Assembly (NCBI GenBank): GCA_963848485.1
Contig: CAWKDX010000001.1
Location: forward strand, 235,145-299,144
DNA from: an uncultured Acidimicrobiia bacterium
GTDB taxonomy: Bacteria; Actinomycetota; Acidimicrobiia; IMCC26256; JAENVU01
Length of the DNA stretch: 64,000 nucleotides
Direction of reading: 5' to 3'
The position numbers and the translations under genes are program-made. Below the pieces are notes generated by a model that saw only the letters and a list, made by a program, of their open reading frames with translations, did not search any database and was not told the origin of the DNA. Shown here piece after piece: positions 10,007 to 19,839 of this stretch; position 1 is the stretch's first letter, and every line of letters begins with the position of its first letter.

Positions 10007-10991
10007 TCAGAAGAGCTCGACGTCGCCCAGGCCGAGAGCCCAGGTGCGCAGCGGGGGTGGGTCCTCGCCGCGGACGGACCGCCACGTGAGCGTCGGCCCC
10101 TGGCCCGGGAGCGGGATGAAGCCGCGGCCGGTGTGGGAGCCGAGCCCGACCGCGTAGTCCGCTCCGCTCTCGACCGCGGCGGCTCGGGCCAGCCGGCGGA
10201 GGAGCGGCCGATCCTGGTCCGGAGCCAGCACCTCGACGATCGCCGCCTCGAGCGCACCGCCCCTCCGCCGGAGACGCCAGACTGCGAATCCTTCGGAGAC
10301 CGAGGTCCCGAGCGTCGTCACTCGGTAGGCCAGCGCCGGGAATCCGGCGTACCGCCAACGAAGGAACTCGGGCGATCGGCGGGTGGTGATGCGATCGGAG
10401 TCCGGCTGGCCCGCGAGCAGGCGAGCCAGCGCGTCGGCGTCGGCGAGCGCGACTGCCGCGTCGACCCCGTTGGCTCGTCGGCACCGACCACATGTCGGCG
10501 GGAGTGCGCGCGGTCGCCATGCGCCGGAGGGCCGGCAGCGAGCGGGGCCGGGCGTGGATCGGCAGCCGCCCGACGACCTCCCATCCCATCTTGAGGTAGC
10601 CGGGCCGGCTCTGGTCGTTCGGCGTGTTGAAGACGAATCCCGACCTCGGCGGCCGGCAGCGCGGCCAGCCCGTGAAGGGTCAGCGCGGAGAAGACTCCGC
10701 GCCCTCGATGTTCCGGGTGGGTCGCGGTGTCGACCGCCCGGACGGCCTGCGGACGACGGCGCCGACGACGAACTCCCACCGGAGGAAGGTGCGGAACCCG
10801 GCGAGCGCACCGTCGACGATTGCGACCCACGCCAACGAGGGCCCGAACGGGTTCGCCTCATGCTTCCACGAGAAGAACGCGCCATGCTGGTCGTCGGGCA
10901 TCCAACCGAGCGACGATGCCATCAACTCGAGCACCGCGGCGCGGTCGGTCGGCTCGTAGGCCCGCACCTCCATGCCGTCTGCGCTGCTCAT
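10007..10991 (-). CDS. GNAT-family N-acetyltransferase, long form (frame-interrupted)
   Basis: MSSADGMEVRAYEPTDRAAVLELMASSLGW...LAWVAIVDGALAGFRTFLRWEF, then VRAVDTATHPEHRGRGVFSALT (acetyl-CoA loop R/Q-x-x-G-x-G/A), then FVFNTPNDQSRPGYLKMGWEVVG, and tail ...PEFLRWRYAGFPALAYRV...GLGDVELF*. Spread over ORFs 10680-10991, 10318-10830, 9948-10589 and 10007-10885. Confidence 0.6.
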
Positions 10992-11117
10992 CGCCGCTCA
11001 CCTCCAGGGGATGAACTGAAGCACCGGCCCGAGGTCTCGGTCAAAGCTGCGCGGCCATGGGTCGGTTCGGGCGGACCCACGTTGGCGATCGCCGGTAGCG
11101 CCCCCGAACTCGCGGTG

Positions 11118-12293
11118 ATGCGCGCCTGTACGATGGATTGCCTCATGGAACCCTCTGCGCTGCCGGCGGGACCGACGGCAGTGGGGACCCGCCGGTTGCG
11201 GGTGCTCTGGCTGATCAAGGGATTGGGTCCGGGGGGCGCCGAGCGACTGCTGGCCTCCGCCGCCGCGGTCCACGATCAGTCCAGCTTCGAGCTGCACGTC
11301 GCGTACGTCGTGCCGGCCAAGGACCACCTGGTCCCGGTGTTGGAGGACGCGGGCGTGCACGTCCACAAGCTCGGCTGTGACGGCGACCGCCCGGGCGCCT
11401 GGGTGCGCCGCCTGGATCGGCTGCTGCGCACCGGTCGCTTCGACATCGTGCACTTCCACGCCCCGCTCCTCGCCGGCGTGGCGCGGCTCCTGGCGTTGAC
11501 GATCCGGCCTCGACCGCGGCTCGTCACGACCGAGCACAACGCCTGGCCGACCTTCGCGCTGCCGACCCGGGTGCTGAACGGGGTGACGTGGCCGCTCGAC
11601 GACGCGCACCTGGCTGTCTCCGAGCAGGTCCGCGCCTCCGTGCGGCCGACCTGGTCCGTGGCGCGCACCGAGGTGGTCGTGCACGGAACCGACCTCGAGT
11701 CGCTCCGGCGCGCTCGTGACGACCGGGAGGAGGCCCGCCGCGCGCTCGGCGTCGACTCCGAGGTGCTGATCGGGACGGTGGCGAACTACCGGAAGCAGAA
11801 GGCCTATCCCGAGCTGCTGGCCGCGGCCAGGATCGTCCTCGACGCCTCGCCCAGGGCACGCTTCGTCGCCGTGGGCCAGGGACCGTTGGAGGCGGAGATC
11901 TTGGCGCTCCACGACGAGCTTGCGCTGGGCGACCGCTTCATGCTCCTCGGGTACCGGGAGCATCCGGAGATCGTGCTCGCGGCGTGCGACATCTTCGTGC
12001 TGGCTTCCTACTTCGAGGGCTACCCGATCGCGCTGATGGAAGCGCTTGGCATCGGCCTCCCGGTGGTGGCGACTGCCGTCGGCGGAGTCACCGATGCGGT
12101 GCGAGACGGTGTCGAAGGGCTCCTGGTTCCGCCCGGTCGACCCGGAGAGCTCGCCGAAGCGCTGCTCGCGCTCGTCTCCGACGAACCGCGGCGCATCGAG
12201 TTCGCGGCGGCGGCCCGAGCACGCGGAGCGCGTTTCGACATCGCCCACGCGGTGCGCCGGACCGAGCAGATCTACCGGCGGATCACGTTGTGA
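11118..12293 (+). CDS. GT4-family (GT-B, Glycos_transf_1) glycosyltransferase
   Basis: Uninterrupted within ORF 10383-12293. Candidate ATGs at 11118, 11133 and 11145. LRVLWLIKGLGPGGAERLL...FVLASYFEGYPIALMEALGIGLPVVATAVGGVTDAVRDGVEGLLVPPG (EX7E-type motif). Confidence 0.8.
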   Translation: MRACTMDCLMEPSALPAGPTAVGTRRLRVLWLIKGLGPGGAERLLASAAAVHDQSSFELHVAYVVPAKDHLVPVLEDAGVHVHKLGCDGDRPGAWVRRLDRLLRTGRFDIVHFHAPLLAGVARLLALTIRPRPRLVTTEHNAWPTFALPTRVLNGVTWPLDDAHLAVSEQVRASVRPTWSVARTEVVVHGTDLESLRRARDDREEARRALGVDSEVLIGTVANYRKQKAYPELLAAARIVLDASPRARFVAVGQGPLEAEILALHDELALGDRFMLLGYREHPEIVLAACDIFVLASYFEGYPIALMEALGIGLPVVATAVGGVTDAVRDGVEGLLVPPGRPGELAEALLALVSDEPRRIEFAAAARARGARFDIAHAVRRTEQIYRRITL

Positions 12294-12421
12294 GGCCGCC
12301 GCGCGCCCGCCGAGCGGAGCGGTGACGCCGGCGCCGCTACGATACCGACCTCCGAGGGAGGAACCAGATCTTCACCGAGAGCGGCCGGTCGCGCCGGCCG
12401 ATTCCTGATCGTCTGAGGGGG

Positions 12422-15400
12422 TTGCGCGTGGGAAGGGACCCGCAGGAATTCCCGATCGCCATCACCGGCATGCACCGGTCGGGTACCTCGATGATCACGC
12501 GCGCGCTCCACGATTCCGGGCTGCACCTCATCGGCAGCGGGGCCGAAGAGCTCATCGACGCTGCCGAGGACAACCCGGAGGGGTTCTGGGAGAACAAGGC
12601 GATCGTCGCGTGCAACGACGCGCTGCTCGAGGCCACGGGCGGATCGTGGGACAACCCGCCCGCGCTGGCGCCCCAGGCGGTCGACGATCCGCGGGTGGTC
12701 GACCTCGCCGAATCGACCACCGCTGCGCTCACCGCGCTGAGCGAGCACGAGCCATGGGGGTTCAAGGACCCGCGCACCTGCCTGACCGCGGGCTACTGGC
12801 TCGACCTCGAGCCGGAGCTCAAGTTCATCATCTGCGTCCGCCACCCGCTCGAGGTCGCGCTCTCGCTGAAGCGCCGGAACCAGAACTCCTATTCGCTCGG
12901 ACTCGCGCTCTGGGAGCGGTACTACACCAGCGTGCTCGAGCTCGTGCCGCCCGAGCGCCGCATCGTCACCCACTACGACACCTTCTTCGTCGACCCGGTG
13001 GGCGAGGTGGAGCGGCTCTGCGCGTTCGCCGGGCTGGAGGCGGTCCCGCCCCGGGTGCGGTCCGATCTCCGGCACCACACCGTTGCGGTCGGCCTCGGCG
13101 ACGCGGGAGTCAGCCCGAACCTGCGCGCGCTCTACAGCTCGCTCTGCCGGGAGTCCGGCGCGCCGGTTGTTCCCGAACCGCCCGCCGACGAGGGCCGGGT
13201 CCGGCGGCTCATCCTCGACGGCGCGGTCGCCGTGCGCCATGCCGAGCAGCGCCAGGCGGCGATCGAACGCCTCCAGGAGCGCGAGGAGCAGTTCCGGCGC
13301 CGAGCCAGGCGCGGCGCATGCGAGAGCCGCAGTCTCCGCGCCGAGCGTGCGGCAATGGAGGCCGACTACCGGCGCGCAGCTCCGCGATCTGGAGCGCAAG
13401 CTCGAGGAGGCGCGGATCGAGTCGGCGCGCCGGCTCGAGGCGTTCCAGGTCAAGACGCTCGAGCCGCTCAATGCGATCGCCGATTCGACGAAGCGGACGT
13501 TGTCGAAGGTGGAGACGATCGACGGCCGGACCCGCGAGACGGCCGCCCGACTCGAGACGGTCGCCCGCGAGGTCGCACCCGGTCCGTTCCGCCGCGTCGC
13601 GCGCCGAGCCGGTGGCAAGGCGAAGCGCGGATGGGCGCCGAGCACTGCGCGAAGGCAGGCGCGACGCCGGCTCCGTCGCTCGCCGCGTCGACCCGTCGGC
13701 TGCCTCTCCGCGCGCAGCAGCAGCTGCGCCGGGCTGCGGCGAGTCGCCCAGCTGGGCGCGGCGGAGCCCGTTCCGACCGCGAAGCGGTCGGCCAACGGCT
13801 CGCGCCCGAGTGCCGGCTCCACTGCGCCGCGCCGGCGCGCAGCCGGCTTCCGCCGCCCGCGCAGCGCGTGCTCAAGACCACGTGGATCCGTCTGCGACTG
13901 GCCCGGACCGCACCGATCCCGACGGCGAAGCGCGCGGCGCGGCGCCTTCCGCCGCCGCGCGCTCGACGTCGCGCAGCGCGCGTGGCGACGCAGCGCCGAC
14001 ATGCGCCGCTACGGCGTCACCCAGGCGGTGCGGCCCGACGAGAAGTCGAAGCCGGCGCCGACCCCCAAGGGTCCCGCGCTGCGGCAGTGGAAGGACGCGT
14101 ACGTGCGCATGGTCGCGGCGGCGCTGCCCGACGGCGCGTCCTGGCTGGTCGTCGCCCCGGGGAGCCCGCCCGAGGTGCGCGACGTCCGCCGGCACCGTGC
14201 CGACCACGTTCCCCGCCAACCGCAAGGGCCGCCCGCTCGTCAACGACCTCGCGCACATCGCGCACCTCGAGGCGCTGCGCTACGCCGGGCATCGGTACCT
14301 CGTGCTCCCGGAGGGGTCACGGGCCTGGTTCCGGCAGCAGGCGGAGCTCCGCGCGCACGTCGTCGGGACCTACCGGACGCTGGTCGACGAGCCGGGTGCC
14401 GGTGCGATCTTCGACCTCGGCGAGCCCGCGGTCGTCGGGGTGCGCTCGTTGCGGGGTGAGGTCATGCGCCTCGCGGGTCGCACGGCGCACAGCCCGGCGG
14501 TGCTCGACTGGACCGAACGCGGGATCGCCGACGAGCTGCCCGGACTCACGACGTTCCGCCCGCCCGCGGGTGACCGGCTCCCGTACCTCGACCGCAGCGT
14601 GGACGTCGTCGTCGTGGACGCGGACGCACGACCTCGAGGAGGCGGGCCGGGTGGCGCTGCTCGGGGTGATCACCGTCTCCGAGGACGGCGCGGCTCGAGC
14701 TGCGCGAGATCGATCCCGCGAGCGCGGGCGCCGCGACCGAGTGCAGCTGGCGCCGCCGCGGGTCGTCGTCTGGTCCAGCGCGGTGAGCTCGGACGACCAC
14801 CTGGGTGACGGCGCTCGGCGAGCGCGCGGCCGCGGCCGGCGCAACGCTGCGCATCGGTCCGATCGACGAGGCCGCGCGTCGCGCGTGTTCGCCGAGCACG
14901 ATGTCGCGGTCGTGGTGGAGCCCGCACGTGCTCCCCCTGCCCGGGGCGATCGAGGCCGCCGTGGCGCTCGTGCGCGGCACGGCCGGACTCCGTCGTGGCC
15001 GGCAAGGTGCTGCGCGCCGACGGACGGCTCGATTCCGCGGGCGGCGCGGTGTTCTCGGACCGATCCGTCGGCGTTGATCGCCGACGGCTCGGAGCATCCG
15101 TCCGCGCCGTGGCACGACTACCGGCGCGCGGTGTGCTGGGCGCCCGGGTCTGGTCGCCGCGCGCGCGCCGCTCTGGGCCGCCGTTTCGGGCCGGACGGAC
15201 TCGGCGGCCGGGCGTTCCTGCGTGAGTGGTGCGCCGGCGTCTGGGCGAGCGGGGGCTCGGTCGACTATCAGCCGACGGTCGCCGCGGTACGGGTCGGTGG
15301 CAACGGGGGCGAGCCCTCGGCGCCGCTGCGCGAGTCGGCATGGCAGCGTGTGCTGGACCTCCGTCCGAGCCGTCCCGATGAGCTGAGCGATGGGGTGTGG

Positions 15401-15445
15401 CGCTACCTCATCGCCCACGACGACGTGGAGGCCTGCCGTCCATGA
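12422..15445 (+). CDS. About 1000-aa multidomain protein: N-terminal sulfotransferase, coiled coil, conserved HLEALR-type module, GT-A-like C-terminal domain (frame-interrupted)
   Basis: RBS GAGGGGG before TTG 12422 / GTG 12428. PIAITGMHRSGTSMITRAL (PAPS-loop pattern)...KFIICVRHPLEVALSLKRRN. Coiled coil: QLRDLERKLEEARIESARRLEAFQVKTLEPLNAIADSTKRTLSKVETIDGRTRETAARLETVAREV (ORF 13083-14459 frame). Module: WLVVAPGSPPEVRDV..FPANRKGRPLVNDLAHIAHLEALRYAGHRYLVLPEGSRAWFRQQAELRAHVVGTYRTLVDEPGAGAIFDL (ORF 12610-14808 frame). Tail: GKVLRADGRLDSAGGAVFSD...VDYQPTVAAVRV...WQRVLDLRP...YLIAHDDVEACRP*. At least 6 frame changes. Confidence 0.55.
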   Translation: MRVGRDPQEFPIAITGMHRSGTSMITRALHDSGLHLIGSGAEELIDAAEDNPEGFWENKAIVACNDALLEATGGSWDNPPALAPQAVDDPRVVDLAESTTAALTALSEHEPWGFKDPRTCLTAGYWLDLEPELKFIICVRHPLEVALSLKRRNQNSYSLGLALWERYYTSVLELVPPERRIVTHYDTFFVDPVGEVERLCAFAGLEAVPPRVRSDLRHHTVAVGLGDAGVSPNLRALYSSLCRESGAPVVPEPPADEGRVRRLILDGAVAVRHAEQRQAAIERLQEREEQFRRRARRGACESRSLRAERAAMEADYRRAAPRSGAQARGGADRVGAPARGVPGQDARAAQCDRRFDEADVVEGGDDRRPDPRDGRPTRDGRPRGRTRSVPPRRAPSRWQGEARMGAEHCAKAGATPAPSLAASTRRLPLRAQQQLRRAAASRPAGRGGARSDREAVGQRLAPECRLHCAAPARSRLPPPAQRVLKTTWIRLRLARTAPIPTAKRAARRLPPPRARRRAARVATQRRHAPLRRHPGGAARREVEAGADPQGSRAAAVEGRVRAHGRGGAARRRVLAGRRPGEPARGARRPPAPCRPRSPPTARAARSSTTSRTSRTSRRCATPGIGTSCSRRGHGPGSGSRRSSARTSSGPTGRWSTSRVPVRSSTSASPRSSGCARCGVRSCASRVARRTARRCSTGPNAGSPTSCPDSRRSARPRVTGSRTSTAAWTSSSWTRTHDLEEAGRVALLGVITVSEDGAARAARDRSRERGRRDRVQLAPPRVVVWSSAVSSDDHLGDGARRARGRGRRNAAHRSDRRGRASRVFAEHDVAVVVEPARAPPARGDRGRRGARARHGRTPSWPARCCAPTDGSIPRAARCSRTDPSALIADGSEHPSAPWHDYRRAVCWAPGSGRRARAALGRRFGPDGLGGRAFLREWCAGVWASGGSVDYQPTVAAVRVGGNGGEPSAPLRESAWQRVLDLRPSRPDELSDGVWRYLIAHDDVEACRP

Positions 15446-17003
15446 GGCCGCGGGCGCTGATCGTCCACACCCGAATGCCGGCCTTCGACCGCGACAGCGG
15501 CTCCCAGGACATCGACAACATGATCCAGTTCCTGCTGCGCGCCGGCTGGCAGGTCACGTTCTTGGCTCGAGAGGAGCAGGGCGTGGCCGAGGAGCGCCAT
15601 GCCGACCGGCTCCGCCAGCTGGGTGTTGCCACCCATGCCGGGTTCGACAGCGCCGAGCGGCTCGTGCGCTCGAACGACTTCGACCTGGCGATCATCGCGT
15701 TCTGGGAGCTGGCCGCCGAGCTGCTGCCGGTGCTACGCAAGCAATCACCCGAGACCGGGTGGTCATCAACTCCATGGACATCCACTTCCTGCGGAACGCG
15801 CGCCGGTCGTTCGGGCCGGGGCGCGACGCTGGGCGACTCGTTCGGCGGCGAGGCGGCCAAGGAGCTCAACACCTACAACGCGGCGGATGCCGTTCATCGC
15901 GGTCTCCGACAAGGAGCGCGAGCTGCTGGCGGACTTCCTCGGCGACAGCCGCGTCATGACGCTCCCGTTGGCCGATCAGGTGGAGCGATCGCCCGTATCC
16001 TCTCGACGAGCGCCGTGGCATGTACTTCGTCGGGAACTTCCGTCACCTCCCGAACCAGGAGGCCGTCGAGTACCTCTGCGCCGAGGTGTTGCCGTTGCTC
16101 GACCGCAGCCTGCTCGAGCAACATCCGTTCAGCGTGCTGGGCAACTGGCTCGACCGCATCGAGCTCGACGTCGACCCGGCGACGCCCGGGCGTGCGGCTC
16201 ATCGGATGGGTCCCATCGGTGCAGCCCTACATCGAGCGGTCGCGACTCGCCGTGGTGCCGCTCCTGCACGGCGCCGGGGTCAAGCGCAAGGTGATCCAGT
16301 CGATGATGGCCGGGACTCCCGTGGTGACGACGCCCATCGGTGCCGAGGGCCTCGATCTCGTCCAGGGCGAGCACGCGCTGATCGCGTCGGACTCGGCCGA
16401 CCTCGCGGCCGGGCATCAGCCGGCTGTTGACCGACGATGTGCTCTGGCACCGGCTGCGGGACTCGGGCGAGGCCCACGTCCGGGAACGGCATGGCCTCGA
16501 GCTCGTCGAGCAACGTTTCGCCGAGATCGTCGAGGAGGTGATGGCGTCGGCGCGGCCGCGCCGGCGCGCCGGTGTCGCGCTGTCGCGGTTCACTGGCGTC
16601 GACGACGACCACGACGACGGCGGTCCGACGACGGATCCAGAACTCGGGCGCCCCGGGGACGTGGTGCTCGTGGCCTCAGGCGGCGACGACGCGTTGCTCG
16701 ACGCCGGCTCGCACCCGTGCTGGCCCTTTCCGCAGGGTCGCGACGGCGCGTGGGCCGGCTACGACCCCGTTGACGGGCCGGCGGCGGTGAACCACCTCGA
16801 GGCCCAACGGGACGCGGGGCGCGTACTTCGTGCTGCCCAACGCGGCGTTCAGTTGGCACTACCGGTATCCGGAGCTCTTCGAGCGACTCGAGTCCAGCTA
16901 CCGGCGGGTGCACCGCGACGAGCACCTCGAGATCTACGCCCTCGCCGGAGACACCGGGACCTCGGCGATCCTGGATCAAGCTCCGGCGTTGCGCGTGCCG
17001 TGA
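15442..17003 (+). CDS. GT4-family glycosyltransferase with a C-terminal HLEA-type module (frame-interrupted)
   Basis: ATG 15442 overlaps the upstream stop (ATGA). MRPRALIVHTRMPAFDRDSGSQDIDNMIQFLLRAGWQVTFLAREE...; YFVGNFRHLPNQEAVEYL; RLIGWVPSVQPYIERSRLAVVPLLHGAGVKRKVIQSMMAGTPVVTTPIGAEGLDL. Then GDVVLVASGGDDALLDAGSHPCWPFPQGRDGAWAGYDPVDGPAAVNHLEAQRDAGARYFVLPNAAFSWHYRYPELFERLESSYRRVHRDEHLEIYAL. Stop at 17001-17003. At least 5 frame changes. Confidence 0.55.
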
Positions 17004-17399
17004 TCGGTACCTACGCCGCGCATCGCAGCGGGCCGCCGCCCGCGCTCGTCGCCGAGCTCGGCTCGAGCACCGCCTTGAAGGTGGACCAGCAGTGGCAGCC
17101 TGGATCGCCGACGCGTGAGCTGGACGAGCCGGCGGGCGACGACGTGAGCTACGTCGTGCACGTCCGAGACGACGCGATACTCCCGGGGCGATTTCTCGAA
17201 TCGTTGATCGCAACCCAGGTGACCCTCGACGTCGACCGCATCCAGCCCGCGCACACGCAGGGCCGGCCGGCGGCCCACCGGTCACCGAGCGGCACTTCGG
17301 CGTCGTCGCTCGGGAGATCGACCGGGTCACGGCACTCCCCGTGCTCTCGGTGCGGGCGGGTCCGATCGGGATGGTCCGGTCGCGCTGGCTGACCAGGTG
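17000..17399 (+). CDS. Hypothetical protein, possibly a degenerate GT-A-like domain (could be the N-terminal part of the next gene)
   Basis: GTG 17000 overlaps the upstream TGA (GTGA). VIGTYAAHRSGPPPALVAELGSS...DDVSYVVHVRDDAILPGRFLESLIATQVTLDVDRIQPAHTQG..VTERHFGVVAREIDRVTALPVLSVRAG. One frame change near 17270. The stop overlaps GTG 17397 (GTGA). Confidence 0.3.
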
Positions 17400-19250
17400 A
17401 CGATCGGGCTACGCCAACCGCTGGCCCGGGAGGACCCCGGTACCGAGCAACGTTCGGCGGGTCTGGGTGCTCGGGCCGGACCGACGCCCGGTGGCCTGGA
17501 TCCGGCCCGAGCCCGCGTCGCGCCGCGCATCAGCGTGCTGATCGCCACCTACGAGCGGCCCGAGCTGCTCCGGTGCGTGCCTCGCGTCCTTCGCGAGCCA
17601 GACCCTCGAGCGGTCCGCCTTCGAGGTCGTGGTGGTCGACGACGGCTCCGGCGACCACGACGCTCGAGCCGATCATCGCGGAGTTCGCCGAAACCCTCCA
17701 GATCGTCGGGCTAAGGATCGAGCATGCAGGACGCAGCGCGGCGAAGAACCATGCGGTCCTGCTCGCTCGAGCGCCGATCGTGTTGTTCTTCGACGACGAC
17801 GACCGCGCGGCTCCCGACTACCTCGAGCGCCACCTCGCCGGCCACGCCGCCCGGCCGGACGAGGCAGTGGCGATCCTCGGCCACACCGACTGGGCCCCTG
17901 AGCTCGAGCGCACGCCACTCATGCACTACATCACCGACGTCGATCGGCTGATGTTCGCGTACGAGCGGCTCGGTGACGGCCAGGAGCTCGACTGGCGCGG
18001 GTTCTGGGAAGGCCGCATCTCGTGCAAGCGCTCGCTCCTGATCCACCACGGCCTGCACGACCAACGCCTCGTGTACTCGATCGACGTGGAGATGGCCTGG
18101 CGCCTCGCACCGACGGGGCTTCGCGTCATCTACGACTCGTCTGCGCGCAGCTTCATGGCCCGCGCCATCGACTTCGACGCCTTCTGCGTCCGCACCGAGG
18201 CCAAGGGACGGGCGAGTGCCGTCATCGCCACACTGCACACCGGCAGCGAGATCGCCGAACGACTCCGGGTCCTGGACGCGACCAAGGTGTGGGAGGAGCA
18301 GCGCTCGGGTGAGCCGCGGCTCCGAAGGCGGGTGCTCGAGCTCGAGGCGAGCGGCGCGACTGATCCCCGATCGCTCGACGAGCTGCACGCGGCCTACCGT
18401 CAGATGTTCCGACTGATGCACGCCAAGGGTGCTGCGAGCACCGGCGAGGAGCCACGCGAGATGGCCGCACCTCCGACCACGGTGCAACCGTTTCCGAACA
18501 CCGATCCGGACCTGGTCTACGACGGCACGCCGGCCGATCGTCGCCAGGAGCCGCTGCTCAGCATCACGCTGCCGGTCTGGAGCCGGAGCCCGGAGCTCGC
18601 ACGGATGGCCCAGAGCACGATCGAACGCATCTGGGAGGTCGCGCAGATCCCCACCGAGGTCGTGGTGGTCGACAACGGGTCGCCGCTTCGAGGTTCCCCT
18701 GCCGGCCAAGGTCTACCGGTACCCCGAGAACAAGGGCGTCGCCACCGGGTGGAACACGGGCGTGCGACTCGGCGACCGCGCCCATGGTGGTCGTCCTGAA
18801 CAGCGACTGCCGGGTCGAGCCGGGGTGGGACGTCGCGCTCTACGAGGCCGCGAGCGACGGGCGGCGGGTGGCGTTCCCGTTCACGGATCACTGCGACGGT
18901 CTCGGCTTCACGCGTCCTGACCAGGGCGGCACCGCGGGCTGGTGCTTCATGCTCACCAAGGAGCTCTACGACGAGGTCGGGGTGTTCGACGAGTGGTTCA
19001 ACCCCGCCTTCGGCGAGGACACCGACTACTGGCACCGTGCCTGGGAGATGGGCGTCGAGCTGTCACCGGTGCCTGCCGCCCGGGTCGTCCACGCCCGTCG
19101 GACGACGGCCAACATGGATCCGCGCGTCGACATGCTGTTGCAGGGCCACCGGTACAAGTACGGGTGGAAGCACGGCGTGGATCCCCACCGGGCGCCGCCG
19201 TACTACGAGCGCGACATCGTCGACTACCAGGGTTCGTACCGCGTGCCGCG
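17397..19250 (+). CDS. Tandem double GT2 (GT-A) glycosyltransferase (frame-interrupted)
   Basis: Domain 1: RISVLIATYERPELL..FEVVVVDDGSGD...GRSAAKNHAVLLARAPIVLFFDDDDRAAPDYLERHL...GRISCKRSLL. Domain 2: LLSITLPVWSRSPELARMAQSTIERIW...EVVVVDNGSPL..YPENKGVATGWNTGVRL..VVVLNSDCRVEPGW...AGWCFMLTKELYDEVGVFDEWFNPAFGEDTDYWHRAWEMGV. Pieces lie in ORFs 17397-17714, 17573-18799, 18429-18920 and 18784-20259. The 3' end is not resolved. Confidence 0.55.
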
Positions 19251-19254
19251 ACGA

Positions 19255-19822
19255 AGCCGTCGAAAGCCCGCCGGACCGGCCACACGTCTTCGGCATCGGC
19301 CTGAACAAGACGGGAACCTCCTCGTTGCACGACGCGTTGACGACGCTCGGGCTACGAGAGCCTCCACTGGGGTGGGCCGGCGATCCGTCAGTTCGTGGAG
19401 GTGGCCCTCGAGGCCGGGGAGCCGCTCCTGTCACGCCTCGATGCTCGCTTCGATGCGTTCTCCGACATCCAGGTGCTCTCGAAGCACTTCGACCTGCTCG
19501 ACCGCCAGTACCCGGGCAGCCGCTTCGTGCTCACCATCCGGCCGCTCGACGACTGGATCGACAGCCGACGCCGTCACGTCGAGAACAACGTCCGTCGCCA
19601 GGCGACCGGTGAGTACGCCGGGGGTTCCTCGAGGTGGACGAGCCGCTGGCGCGCGGAATGGGAGGAGCACGTGCGAGCGGGTCCGGTCGCTATTCGCGGG
19701 CCGGGACGACTTCCTCGAGCTCGACCTCGCGACCGACCGCGGGCTGGGAGCCGTGTGCTCCTCCTCGGCGCTTCCGTATCCCGGCGGAACCGTTCCCGTG
19801 GCGGCGAACTCGACCGACCTAG
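19255..19822 (+). CDS. Sulfotransferase-family protein (Sulfotransfer_4-like) (frame-interrupted; may be fused to the preceding GT)
   Basis: RPHVFGIGLNKTGTSSLHDALTTLGL, FDAFSDIQVLSKHFDLLDRQYPGSRFVLTIRPLDDWIDSRRRHVENN, RSLFAGRDDFLELDLATDRGWEP..PAEPFPW...*. TAG at 19820-19822. Spread over ORFs 19037-19612, 19395-20420, 18784-20259 and 19634-19822. Confidence 0.5.
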
Positions 19823-19839
19823 CCGAACGGGGTCCATTC

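Noticed and set aside
10998-12248. 416-aa minus-strand ORF, and similar long antisense ORFs (12272-14002, 36465-38183, 53478-55151, 57724-59478, 49618-51039, 52358-53533)
   Set aside because: Each lies opposite a CDS with clear family motifs and translates to Arg/Gly/Pro/Asp-rich low-complexity sequence. This is typical shadow-ORF behaviour at about 70% GC.
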